From Ignavibacteriota bacterium (GTDB lineage: Bacteria > Bacteroidota > Ignavibacteria > UBA10030 > CAVZMI01): a DNA stretch of 64,000 nt. A model generated the notes under the pieces. The model made no database searches, had not been told where the DNA came from, and worked only from the letters and a program-made list of their open reading frames with translations. Shown here piece by piece: positions 40,913-49,601 of the stretch (its first letter is position 1; every line of letters starts with the position of its first letter). The position numbers and the translations under genes were made by a program. Location of the stretch: contig CAVZMI010000007.1 of NCBI GenBank assembly GCA_963776275.1, forward strand, positions 1 to 64,000, in the 5' to 3' direction.

Positions 40913-41716
40913 ATGAAAAAATACTATAACTTTAGTTTTGAAATTACACATTTGTGTAATAAATATTGTGACGATTGCAGTCATAGAATAAAATATAGCA
41001 ACTATAAATATCTAACTATTTATGAATACGAAATAATACATCAGGCAATAAAACATCTTCCAATTATTGAAATTAGAATAATTGGAGGAGAACCGTTAAT
41101 GCATCCTCAGTTTAAAGAATTGATGAACAGAATATTTAATGATTTTATTTCTTCTCGAATAATCTTGATAACCAATGGGAAATTGCTTCCAAAACTCAAT
41201 AAATGCGACAGAAATCGTTTTGATAGAATATATATTACCTGGTATAAGGGATTTAATGAAGAAGAAATAAAAGAAGTTATAAACGAAGATAATGTTTTTA
41301 TCAATCGTGATAACTTCATAAAAATAGATGATTCTAAAAAGTTGAAAGATGCGCAAGCAAAAAAAATATTTAAATATTGTTCACAGAAAATATATAGATT
41401 TATTGGCACAAGGCTATATATTTGTTGTAATGCAGAGAGTATTGAAAGGATGTTGTTAAAATATAAGATTCATGTAGATATACTCGAAGATAATAATTGG
41501 CAAAATACCATTAAAAATAATTCTCACTACAAAGCATGTCGATATTGTATATTTGCTAATTCAATATCGAATAGAAAAAGATTGAGATGTTATATCGATT
41601 TGATTAAGCAAAAAATACTGTTAAATAGTCCTCTGGCAAAATACGACTTTAAGATTATTTGGCAAATATGGAGATACATTAAAAATAAGAGAAATTGGTA
41701 TAAGTTTCAAAACTAG
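40913..41716 (+). CDS. Radical SAM protein
   Basis: CNKYCDDC, GGEPLMHP and ITNG motifs; very AT-rich. Confidence 0.85.
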   Translation: MKKYYNFSFEITHLCNKYCDDCSHRIKYSNYKYLTIYEYEIIHQAIKHLPIIEIRIIGGEPLMHPQFKELMNRIFNDFISSRIILITNGKLLPKLNKCDRNRFDRIYITWYKGFNEEEIKEVINEDNVFINRDNFIKIDDSKKLKDAQAKKIFKYCSQKIYRFIGTRLYICCNAESIERMLLKYKIHVDILEDNNWQNTIKNNSHYKACRYCIFANSISNRKRLRCYIDLIKQKILLNSPLAKYDFKIIWQIWRYIKNKRNWYKFQN

Positions 41717-41770
41717 TCCTAACCGCCACTATTCATAGCGGCAAACCATTATGTGCAATATGCGTTAGAA
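41717..41770 (+). repeat. Possible short or degenerate attC-like site
   Basis: TCCTAAC right after the stop codon and GTTAGAA 47 bp later; inner arms are poorly formed. Confidence 0.35.
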
Positions 41771-41800
41771 GGCCAATATGAAGAAAGGTATCGGTATCAA

Positions 41801-42088
41801 ATGACCAAAAAGAGATTTACGCTAATGGCCCGCATAAGCACGGACAATCGTCGGGCGATCAAGCAGGTCTTGGAAGAGCTCGTTGCAAAGAGGTCGATCA
41901 CCTCAACAGAAGAGGGGTTCATTGTGAAGGCGACGATGTACGGGGATAGCGCGCGTGAGCTGAACCGATCGTTACTCTCTGCACTGCGCCGGGTCGAGCG
42001 CAAAACCCGTCTCCGCTCAGAATGGAAGTCAGGCGGTACAACGGAGCGTTTCTTCGACTATGTTCCAAAGGGTTCGCATAAAGCCTGA
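41801..42088 (+). CDS. Small hypothetical protein
   Basis: 95-aa ORF containing ARELNRSLLSALRRVERKTRLRSEW. Confidence 0.65.
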   Translation: MTKKRFTLMARISTDNRRAIKQVLEELVAKRSITSTEEGFIVKATMYGDSARELNRSLLSALRRVERKTRLRSEWKSGGTTERFFDYVPKGSHKA

Positions 42089-42267
42089 TGCAGAATTCGT
42101 GCTTGCATTGGCATACTTCGACCTATGTCATTTCCAACTCATAATGTGACGCGCACACTGCACATGACACTTAACTAAGAAGTGATACTGCCGCGAAGCG
42201 GGCTCGTCTCGCTTCGCTCAGCGAAGCGAGAGATGAGACCATAATTGAAAAAATATAGAGCCACCCG

Positions 42268-42540
42268 GACTCATAAATCATCAATCCGCCTTCGTTCCAC
42301 TCCGGCGGACAGGTCATAAATCATCAATATCAATGGCCATTTTATACTTTGGTTTGCATTTCCCTTCGTATTTTCTTACGTTCTTACAGAAATTACACAT
42401 ACTTCCTTCAGTCGATAGCAGAGGGGCTTCGATTACGAAATTGTCTGTGCCGCGTAAAGATGCGCGGGACGGATAACCCGAAGACCATTAAAGCATACAG
42501 AGGCTATTCGGGTATATTTAAAAGAAATAAAAATATACCG
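42268..42540 (+). promoter_or_regulatory. Promoter module, type B copy 2 (promoter 42354-42382)
   Basis: Direct repeat of 36466..~36750 including REP, TCATAAATCATCAAT doublet, promoter and CGAAGACCATTAAAGCATACAG block; no intact GTT core. Confidence 0.68.
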
Positions 42541-42732
42541 AAACGCATCTAAGGCGAAGTGCGATGAATTCATCGGATTGCTCTAATGTGTCATGCAGTG
42601 ATTAATTCAAAGAGCCCGGTATGAAAAAACTGCACACAGGTATCTATAGCAAGACTTGAAGGGAACAACTAATTCTATAACTGTGATATTATTTGGTAGC
42701 ATCAATATGAATACAATGGAGGAATGTGAAAC

Positions 42733-43431
42733 ATGAAGAGTAGAGTAGATTTTTTTAGAAATATTGGGCGCATTGGAGCATTTATTGCTCTCTTTATATC
42801 TTCGATAGTGTTAATTTTTTGGTCATATATAGAAGTTTTATTACCGAAATTTTCTGGTATACAGTTATTGGGAATAATTACAACAGCAATAAGTATTCTT
42901 GCAATAGATTTTTATGCTCAACTCAAACGAACACATACTAATGAAGTAGTGCAACTTTCACATCATACAATAAAAGATAGTATTTCTCTAGCGAGTGCGG
43001 CAGAACAAAGGATAAAGATATTACGAATATTTGCGTCTACATCTGAGATGATACTTCCTGTAATAAAAGAGACCGATTTGTACATTGAACAATGTAAATT
43101 ATTACTGCAGGAACTAGATGAAACAACCGGTGATAAAAAAGCTATTGAGATGAACCGAAAGTGTGAAACATTTATCAAAAATTGGGAGGAACTTATTAAT
43201 GTAAATAAAATTGATAAACTGGATATAAAAAGATATAGGTTTGTGCCCAACCATTTTTATATAATATTTGATAATAAACATCTTGTATATGGTTTATATT
43301 ATCCAACAGATTCTGCCGTGCATTCTGTCCGTTTTATTGATCCGATACTTGTTGAATCAAGCACAATATCAGGACAAATGTTGATTGAAAAACATATTGA
43401 ACAATTCGAAAATATTTTTAGGACCTTATAG
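42733..43431 (+). CDS. Hypothetical protein with two N-terminal TM helices
   Basis: GGAGG RBS; two hydrophobic helices then a soluble domain; AT-rich. Confidence 0.72.
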   Translation: MKSRVDFFRNIGRIGAFIALFISSIVLIFWSYIEVLLPKFSGIQLLGIITTAISILAIDFYAQLKRTHTNEVVQLSHHTIKDSISLASAAEQRIKILRIFASTSEMILPVIKETDLYIEQCKLLLQELDETTGDKKAIEMNRKCETFIKNWEELINVNKIDKLDIKRYRFVPNHFYIIFDNKHLVYGLYYPTDSAVHSVRFIDPILVESSTISGQMLIEKHIEQFENIFRTL

Positions 43432-43491
43432 AAACATCTTATTAAAGTACGGGGAAGAAACTATTAATAATTCGAAAAGAAGGATACTGTA

Positions 43492-44244
43492 TTGAGCAAT
43501 AATATTGAGGTTAAATTACTACAGTGGAACATCTGGTATTTAGAAAAGGTTGATGGTATAGTAGATGTTCTTCGTGAATTGGACGCAGATATACTATGCT
43601 TACAGGAGCTTAGTGGGAATACGGAAATTAATAAAAAAATAGAGACTGATTCTTATATCCATAAAAAGTTGGGATTGCACTACTATAGTGCTAAATCACA
43701 AGAATGGATAAACTGGCATAAAGATTATCAAGCTAATGGGATATTCAGCAAATACACAATAAAAAAAGGGAGGAATATATTTATAAAGAAACCTCATTCA
43801 AAGAAAGCGAGAGATTATTCAAACGAAGGGAGAATATACATAGAGGTTGAATTGAATATTAGTGGGAAAACACTTTTTGTAGGGACAGCCCATCTTTCTT
43901 ACATACACAAATTTGAAATAGGCGATAGGCGATGTGCCGAAGAAAATAACTTATTAAAAGCACTAACTAAAAGAAAAAAATTTTTATTTTGCGGCGATCT
44001 TAATGCACCGCCGGATTCAAATATCTATAAAGCATTATCAAAAAAGTACAGACATTGCGGCCCAGAAATTACTCAAAAAACCTGGACAACAAAACCATTC
44101 AGTCATAATGGTTTTATAGAGAATGATTTAAATTGGAGATTAGATTACGTATTTGCTTCAAGAGATATAGAAATAATCGAAACAAGGATAATACAAACAG
44201 ATGTTTCTGATCATCTTCCTATAATGGTAAGAATAAGGTTATGA
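43492..44244 (+). CDS. Endonuclease/exonuclease/phosphatase family protein
   Basis: WNI, DILCLQE, AHL, GDLN, LDYVF and SDHLP motifs. Confidence 0.9.
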   Translation: MSNNIEVKLLQWNIWYLEKVDGIVDVLRELDADILCLQELSGNTEINKKIETDSYIHKKLGLHYYSAKSQEWINWHKDYQANGIFSKYTIKKGRNIFIKKPHSKKARDYSNEGRIYIEVELNISGKTLFVGTAHLSYIHKFEIGDRRCAEENNLLKALTKRKKFLFCGDLNAPPDSNIYKALSKKYRHCGPEITQKTWTTKPFSHNGFIENDLNWRLDYVFASRDIEIIETRIIQTDVSDHLPIMVRIRL

Positions 44245-44915
44245 TAAAAAATAAAATAGACGATTATTTGAAGATAACAATAGAGACGTATGAAAAAAAT
44301 GCAGAAGAATATAAAATACATAGAAAAGACGCTAGTCCTATAGCAGAATTAGAAAAATTAATCTCTTATTGTAATGGTGGTTATATTCTAGATGCTGGAT
44401 GTGGGCCGGGAAGAGATACTATATGGCTCTTAAATAAAGGAATTAAAGCCTTTGGAATAGACCTTTGTGATTCTTTTTTACGAATTGCGAGAGAAGATTC
44501 AGGGATTAATGTTTTTGCTAAAATGAATCTTTTAGAAATGTCATTTCTACAAGAAACGTTTGATGGCATTTGGTGTTGTGTAGTTTTATCTCATTTAAAA
44601 AAATCACTGTTAATAAATGCATTGATAGAACTCAATAGAGTATTGAAACGAGGTGGCGTTTTATTTATTGCTGTGAAAAAAGGTAGTGGAGAAGGTTTTC
44701 AGGTTGAAAAGGAATTTGCCGATAGTCCGAGATATGTATCATATTTTTCAGATGAAGAAGTATTAATTGCCATAGAAAAATCAGGATTTAAAACCCTAGA
44801 GCAATACTATTATAATGAGTATAAACGACATAGAGGAACTCATAGGGATATTGACTATATATTTAATTTTTCTAAAAAAGTAAAACAGCAATTGACAGCT
44901 GATATTGCTGCATAA
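44241..44915 (+). CDS. Class I SAM-dependent methyltransferase
   Basis: ILDAGCGPGRD, FDGIW and RVLKRGG motifs; ATGA overlap with the upstream gene. Confidence 0.9.
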   Translation: MIKNKIDDYLKITIETYEKNAEEYKIHRKDASPIAELEKLISYCNGGYILDAGCGPGRDTIWLLNKGIKAFGIDLCDSFLRIAREDSGINVFAKMNLLEMSFLQETFDGIWCCVVLSHLKKSLLINALIELNRVLKRGGVLFIAVKKGSGEGFQVEKEFADSPRYVSYFSDEEVLIAIEKSGFKTLEQYYYNEYKRHRGTHRDIDYIFNFSKKVKQQLTADIAA

Positions 44916-45001
44916 AAAGGTCATAGCCTTCTCCTCCTTATTTAAGGAGGGGATACCGGGGAGGTTCTAAACAGCCCTCGAAACTCATGAGCTATCGAAA
45001 C

Positions 45002-45328
45002 TTGCATTTCCCCTCGTAATTTCTTACGTTCTGACAGAAATTACACATACTTCCTTCAGTCGATACCAGTGTCAAGTACCAAAAATAACTTGAAGAATTC
45101 AATTGAGTGAATTCAGTCGATTCCGCTCGGAAATGCAAATTATTACGCTCCGACTTATTCAAGTTATTTTTGAATCGAGACACCAGAGGAACTTCAGTTG
45201 CGAAATTATCTGTCCCGCGTAAAGATGTGCGGCACGGATAAGTCGAAGACCATTAAAGCATACAGAGGCTGTACAGGTACATTTAAAAGAAATAATTACG
45301 CAATATAGCGTCTATACAGATGTTATGT
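45002..45328 (+). promoter_or_regulatory. Promoter plus attI-like module, type B copy 3 (promoter 45002-45030, GTT at 45322)
   Basis: Homologous to the other two copies with an extra ~115 bp insert; ends TATAGCGTCTATACAGAT-GTTATGT. Confidence 0.68.
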
Positions 45329-45385
45329 GAAAATGGCGGCACGCCATTTTCCGCCTCAAGGTATCTCAATTCATCGGAGATAGCA

Positions 45386-45835
45386 ATGTACGAACAATTT
45401 ATAAACTGGCTTAAGACCAACTGGATCACGGCCGTTCTTCTTCTAGCTGCTGCTGGCCTCATTGCACTTCCGAAAGTCAGGGATGGCGCGGTGCTTTTAT
45501 ACTCCTGGGCCAAACGGCCTTTTAAAAAGGGAAGTCAATCACGTGAAGAAGGACCAATCGCTTACGAGGTCTCAGGTGAGAAAGTTAGCTTCACGGAGTT
45601 GATCCGTAGCATTGATTTTGATGCTGTAAAGGTTCATGCAATTACACATCGTGTTGGCATTAGTGCGGAATACGAGTGGCTGAAGCGGAGGTATCCTGGC
45701 TACAAACTCATCACACAGCAACTCACATCGCTTCAAGCACTGGCTGGTGACGTTAACTTTTCCCTTGATCAGATACCTTTTGATCTTCTCACAATAAATC
45801 TGCCAGACGGAAGGGCCGAAAGAGATATACTTTGA
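45386..45835 (+). CDS. Hypothetical membrane-anchored cassette protein, probably frameshifted near 45815
   Basis: GGAG RBS; GISAEYEWL motif; a plausible continuation KEIYFDISSFF lies in another frame. Confidence 0.6.
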   Translation: MYEQFINWLKTNWITAVLLLAAAGLIALPKVRDGAVLLYSWAKRPFKKGSQSREEGPIAYEVSGEKVSFTELIRSIDFDAVKVHAITHRVGISAEYEWLKRRYPGYKLITQQLTSLQALAGDVNFSLDQIPFDLLTINLPDGRAERDIL

Positions 45836-45946
45836 TATTTCAAGTTTCTTTCATGGCTTGGCTCTTACTCAAATCGACTCGAAAAGTGTCATTGCGTATA
45901 AAATTTCGACTTTCTATGAAGAACAACTTGGGCGTGCCGCCACTTC

Positions 45947-46066
45947 ACATAACACGCGTAAAAATGATGGCGATGTAGGAGGCGGTTGAACATTGCGCCG
46001 CTCACAAAAATAAATGGATCATTAATAGTTCGCGTCGCAACGTCATTTTTACGCGGGACGTTATGC
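45947..46066 (+). repeat. attC-like site (best preserved)
   Basis: ACATAAC-A-CGCGTAAAAATGA ... TCATTTTTACGCG-GGAC-GTTATGC (perfect 13-bp arms). Confidence 0.82.
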
Positions 46067-46153
46067 GCCACGTGGCTTGTTATCTAGTCGACCAAATTCG
46101 TCATACCGACAAATGGCGCGTAGCTTGCCCCTAGAAATAAAAGGAGGAAAACC

Positions 46154-47101
46154 ATGAAGAGCTACATGAAGCTCGGAATTCTTGCGCTCGCACTTGCGTG
46201 CTCAGTGCGAGCTCAATCGGTGCAAGGATCAGCAGAGGGAAAGCAAGCATTGGAAGTACTCCCCCGTGCCACAGTCACCGTGCTGGTGGACAACATGGTA
46301 GGTCGCGGAGATGTGCTCGGCGAATGGGGTGCCGCATTTCTGATCAACACAGACCAGCACCAGATTCTCTTCGATACTGGTGGGGGACAAGTCCTCAGCG
46401 GAAATTCCCGAGCCCTTGGTGTGGATCTCGCCAAAACTGAAGCCATTGTCATCAGCCATGGGCATCCGGATCACACAGGGGGACTCGATGCTGCTTTGAA
46501 TGTCTGCAAGTCTGTGGATTTATTTGTTCACCCAGCCGTTTTCGAGACTAGATATTATAAGGGAGATTCCGGCGCGGTGGCTTATAGCTTCGTTTTCACC
46601 AGACAACAACTGCTTCAACGAGTTCGCAATCTGGTTGAGACGAAGGGACCGACTCTCATTCGTGAAGGAGTAATGGTCACGGGCCAGGTTCCCCGACTAA
46701 ACGATTTTGAAGATACTGGTTTGCGCGGGGACGTTTTCCTTGACAGCAGTTTGACAATAGAAGATCCAATCCCGGATGATCAAGCCGTGTTCTTCCGTGT
46801 TCCAGAGGGAGTCGTTATACTGCTCGGATGCGGCCACGCCGGGCTGGTCAATACAATGGAGTATGTAAGCAAGCTAACGGGTGAGCAGCACATCTACGCG
46901 GTCATTGGCGGCACTCATTTGCTTAATGCTTCTCCCTCGCGAATGCAAAAGACCATCGAAGCATTGCGGATGTACGACATACAGAAGATCATGCTGTCGC
47001 ATTGTACCGGCCTTCGCGCATACGCACAGCTGGCAAATGCTTTTCCAGGTCGTTGCAGCTGGCCGGCTAGTGGAACCACATTGAAGTTCGGCTCTCAGTA
47101 A
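46154..47101 (+). CDS. Secreted MBL-fold metallo-hydrolase
   Basis: LFDTG, SHGHPDHTGG, GCGHAG, GGTHL and HCTG motifs; signal peptide; AGGAGG RBS. Confidence 0.88.
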   Translation: MKSYMKLGILALALACSVRAQSVQGSAEGKQALEVLPRATVTVLVDNMVGRGDVLGEWGAAFLINTDQHQILFDTGGGQVLSGNSRALGVDLAKTEAIVISHGHPDHTGGLDAALNVCKSVDLFVHPAVFETRYYKGDSGAVAYSFVFTRQQLLQRVRNLVETKGPTLIREGVMVTGQVPRLNDFEDTGLRGDVFLDSSLTIEDPIPDDQAVFFRVPEGVVILLGCGHAGLVNTMEYVSKLTGEQHIYAVIGGTHLLNASPSRMQKTIEALRMYDIQKIMLSHCTGLRAYAQLANAFPGRCSWPASGTTLKFGSQ

Positions 47102-47258
47102 TCTGCGACGTGAAATGCTGGAAGATATGATGCAATTGTCCATCATTGAATGGTTATTATGGTCAGACTAATTCGTTGGCAAAAATATTTTGCCGTCATA
47201 GTTATCAGAATAAACTAGAAAACAGGAAAAATATTTACTGAGAGGCAAGTCGACTCTA

Positions 47259-47287
47259 TGTAGGTCGACTCGGCGAGTCGACCTACA
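47259..47287. repeat. Perfect 13-bp hairpin (GTAG-type REP-like)
   Basis: TGTAGGTCGACTC-GGC-GAGTCGACCTACA. Confidence 0.6.
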
Positions 47288-47579
47288 GGTGGTCATTCCT
47301 ATCGCAACCCTAACATTTTCACAGATGCAACTGCAGCATTGACGATCGGCGAGAAATACAAACCGAATCCCAATGTCGGGATTACAAGCAGCATAACGAT
47401 CGCAATCTGCCACACACTGAAATAAATAGGTTCTTTTGATTCTTCGGCTTCTCGCAGAAAGAGATTACGCAATATTCTGACATAATAATAAAGCGAGATT
47501 ACACTTGAGATTTAAGAAGATAAGTATAAAAGAGCATCTTTTAGTTCGATGAAGATTGCACAAGATTTTTTTAAAAATG

Positions 47580-49565
47580 CTACTGAAGTCCTGAGGCAAC
47601 GATCTCGGCAATATCTTTAACGCGAATTATCTTTGCCTTCTCATCCTTCAGCCCATCCTCGAACATGGTCAGACAATAGGGACAGGTGACACACACCGTA
47701 TCAGGGTTTTGGACAAGAGCTTCTTTAATCCGGGTGAGGTTGATCCGGGAACCTAAGCTTTCTTCCATCCACATCCTGCCTCCACCAGCTCCGCAGCAGA
47801 ATGAGTTTTTCCTGTTTCTTTTCATCTCGGCAGGAGCCATACCTGTGGTGATTTTTATCGCCTGGCGCGGTGCATCATAAATTTCATTGTGCCGCCCCAA
47901 GTAGCAGGAGTCATGAAAAATAACTTTTCCAAGTTGTGTCACTTTTTCATTGACCCTTAATTTCCCTTCCTTAAGAAGAATGTTAATCAACTCGCTGTGG
48001 TGGACAACTTCGAGATTTAGGCCATACTGCTTGTAATCGTTTTTCAGAGTACTGAAACAGTGGGGACATTGGGTGATAATTTTCTTGACTCCTTTTTCCT
48101 GGAAGAGTCTGACATTCTCTTTGGCTATTCTATCAAAAATGAATTCATTGCCGAGCCTTCTAAGGCTGTCCCCGCAGCATTTCTCGTCTTTGCCTAAAAT
48201 TCCCCATGAGATACCGGCTGCATTAAGGATTGTGGCCAGGGCCAGGGTCACTTGTTTGTTACGGGAATCAAAAGCGCCCGCGCATCCTACATAAAAAAGG
48301 TATTCTGTATCGCCGGCCGAAAACTGCTTGACATTATGTCCGGATGTCCATTTCGAGCGCTCCGCCGGGGCAATGCCCCAAGGATTACTCCGCTGTTCCA
48401 TGTTTTCAAAGAGATTGAGAAGCTCCTCAGGAAATTTTGCCTCCAATTCCACCAGATGGCGTCTCATCTTGACGATTTTAGGCATGTGCTCGATGAAAAC
48501 AGGGCAGACCTCCATGCAGGCACCACAAGTCGTGCAAGACCAGATCGCGCTCTCCTGATTGATGCCTTCGCCGCCGCTTCCGATAAGAGGGAGTGTGGGA
48601 GTTCCGTCTTTTTTCAAAATCGGACCGTTTCTCAAGAGATTAATCTTAATATCATGAATAACCTGCCGTGGATTGAGAGGCTTTTCCGTATTCGTTGCAG
48701 GGCAGACATCCTGGCATCTACCACATTCTGTGCAGGAGTAAGAGTCGAAGAGGTCTTTCCATGTGAAGAGGTTCACCCTTCCCACACCAAAAGTATTCCC
48801 TTTTTTAAATTCCTCCCTGGGCTGAGTATTCGGCTTTTCAAGGCTTTTGAAATAGCAATTAGGAATTGATGTCATGATGTGCATATGTTTGCTGAGGGGG
48901 AGAACATTGATAAAAGTCAGAAGCACGAGAGCATGGAGCCACCAGAAGATATCCTCCAAGAATTCTAGCCTGGAAGGAAAAACGCCAGCCAAGTATCCCG
49001 CAGCAAAAGAAGAGATAGGTCTGTAATTGCCGGCAGCTTCTTTGCCTGAAGCAATTTCAACCGTATGCATCCCGAAGAAAGCAATCATCAGCAGGGCTAT
49101 GAAGGTCAGAATAAGAAAAGCCTCGAAGCTCTTGGCCTTTACATAGGGAGTGCTCAAGTAAGCAGGAGCAAAGAAGATCCGTCTGCTAAACGCGATGAGG
49201 ATGCTGATGAGAGTCGTGAGGGAAATGATCTCGAAGATAAATGAAATAGGATAATAGACATCTACAGGGAGATGGGAGAGACTGATTGACGGGAAAAGGC
49301 CATGCATGAGGAACTCACCATTGGCGATGATCAGTATGATGAACGACCAGAAAATGACAAAATGGTTGAGACCGAAAACACGGCTCACGACCCTTTTTTG
49401 ACCAAAGGCATAGAAGAGCATAGCCCAGATTCTTTTGAAGAAATGACTAAAACGGTCTTCGGGTTTCCCGAAGGTGATCAAACTGAAGCGTCTATAGCAG
49501 CTCCATACAAATAAAGCCATAGAAGTTGCAAACAATAAGCCGAAAATAGTCGTATTATGTGACAT
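47580..49565 (-). CDS. Membrane-bound Fe-S oxidoreductase (FadF/HdrD-like, CCG domains)
   Basis: N-terminal TM region, CTECGRCQDVCP, CTTCGACMEVCP, two CCG motifs, HDSCYLGR. Confidence 0.9.
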   Translation of the reverse strand: MSHNTTIFGLLFATSMALFVWSCYRRFSLITFGKPEDRFSHFFKRIWAMLFYAFGQKRVVSRVFGLNHFVIFWSFIILIIANGEFLMHGLFPSISLSHLPVDVYYPISFIFEIISLTTLISILIAFSRRIFFAPAYLSTPYVKAKSFEAFLILTFIALLMIAFFGMHTVEIASGKEAAGNYRPISSFAAGYLAGVFPSRLEFLEDIFWWLHALVLLTFINVLPLSKHMHIMTSIPNCYFKSLEKPNTQPREEFKKGNTFGVGRVNLFTWKDLFDSYSCTECGRCQDVCPATNTEKPLNPRQVIHDIKINLLRNGPILKKDGTPTLPLIGSGGEGINQESAIWSCTTCGACMEVCPVFIEHMPKIVKMRRHLVELEAKFPEELLNLFENMEQRSNPWGIAPAERSKWTSGHNVKQFSAGDTEYLFYVGCAGAFDSRNKQVTLALATILNAAGISWGILGKDEKCCGDSLRRLGNEFIFDRIAKENVRLFQEKGVKKIITQCPHCFSTLKNDYKQYGLNLEVVHHSELINILLKEGKLRVNEKVTQLGKVIFHDSCYLGRHNEIYDAPRQAIKITTGMAPAEMKRNRKNSFCCGAGGGRMWMEESLGSRINLTRIKEALVQNPDTVCVTCPYCLTMFEDGLKDEKAKIIRVKDIAEIVASGLQ

Positions 49566-49601
49566 GTGTTTTTCTATCTACAAAATTCAATGGTCTCTTA
49601 A

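Larger units (their letters stand above)
10628..47400 (+). mobile_element. Integron-like gene-cassette island with no integrase in the window (CALIN-like)
   Basis: Co-oriented genes of mixed GC content separated by attC-like palindromes ending in GTTRRRY-like cores, with repeated promoter/attI-like modules. Bounded by minus-strand housekeeping genes. Boundaries are approximate. Confidence 0.72.

Noticed and set aside
10628-47400. Complete classical integron or prophage
   Set aside because: No tyrosine recombinase and no phage structural genes are visible in the ORF track.
47391-47480. Terminal attC-like site (GCATAAC...CGCAATCT/AGATTACG)
   Set aside because: There is no GTT core and the arms are weak, so it is too degenerate to call.
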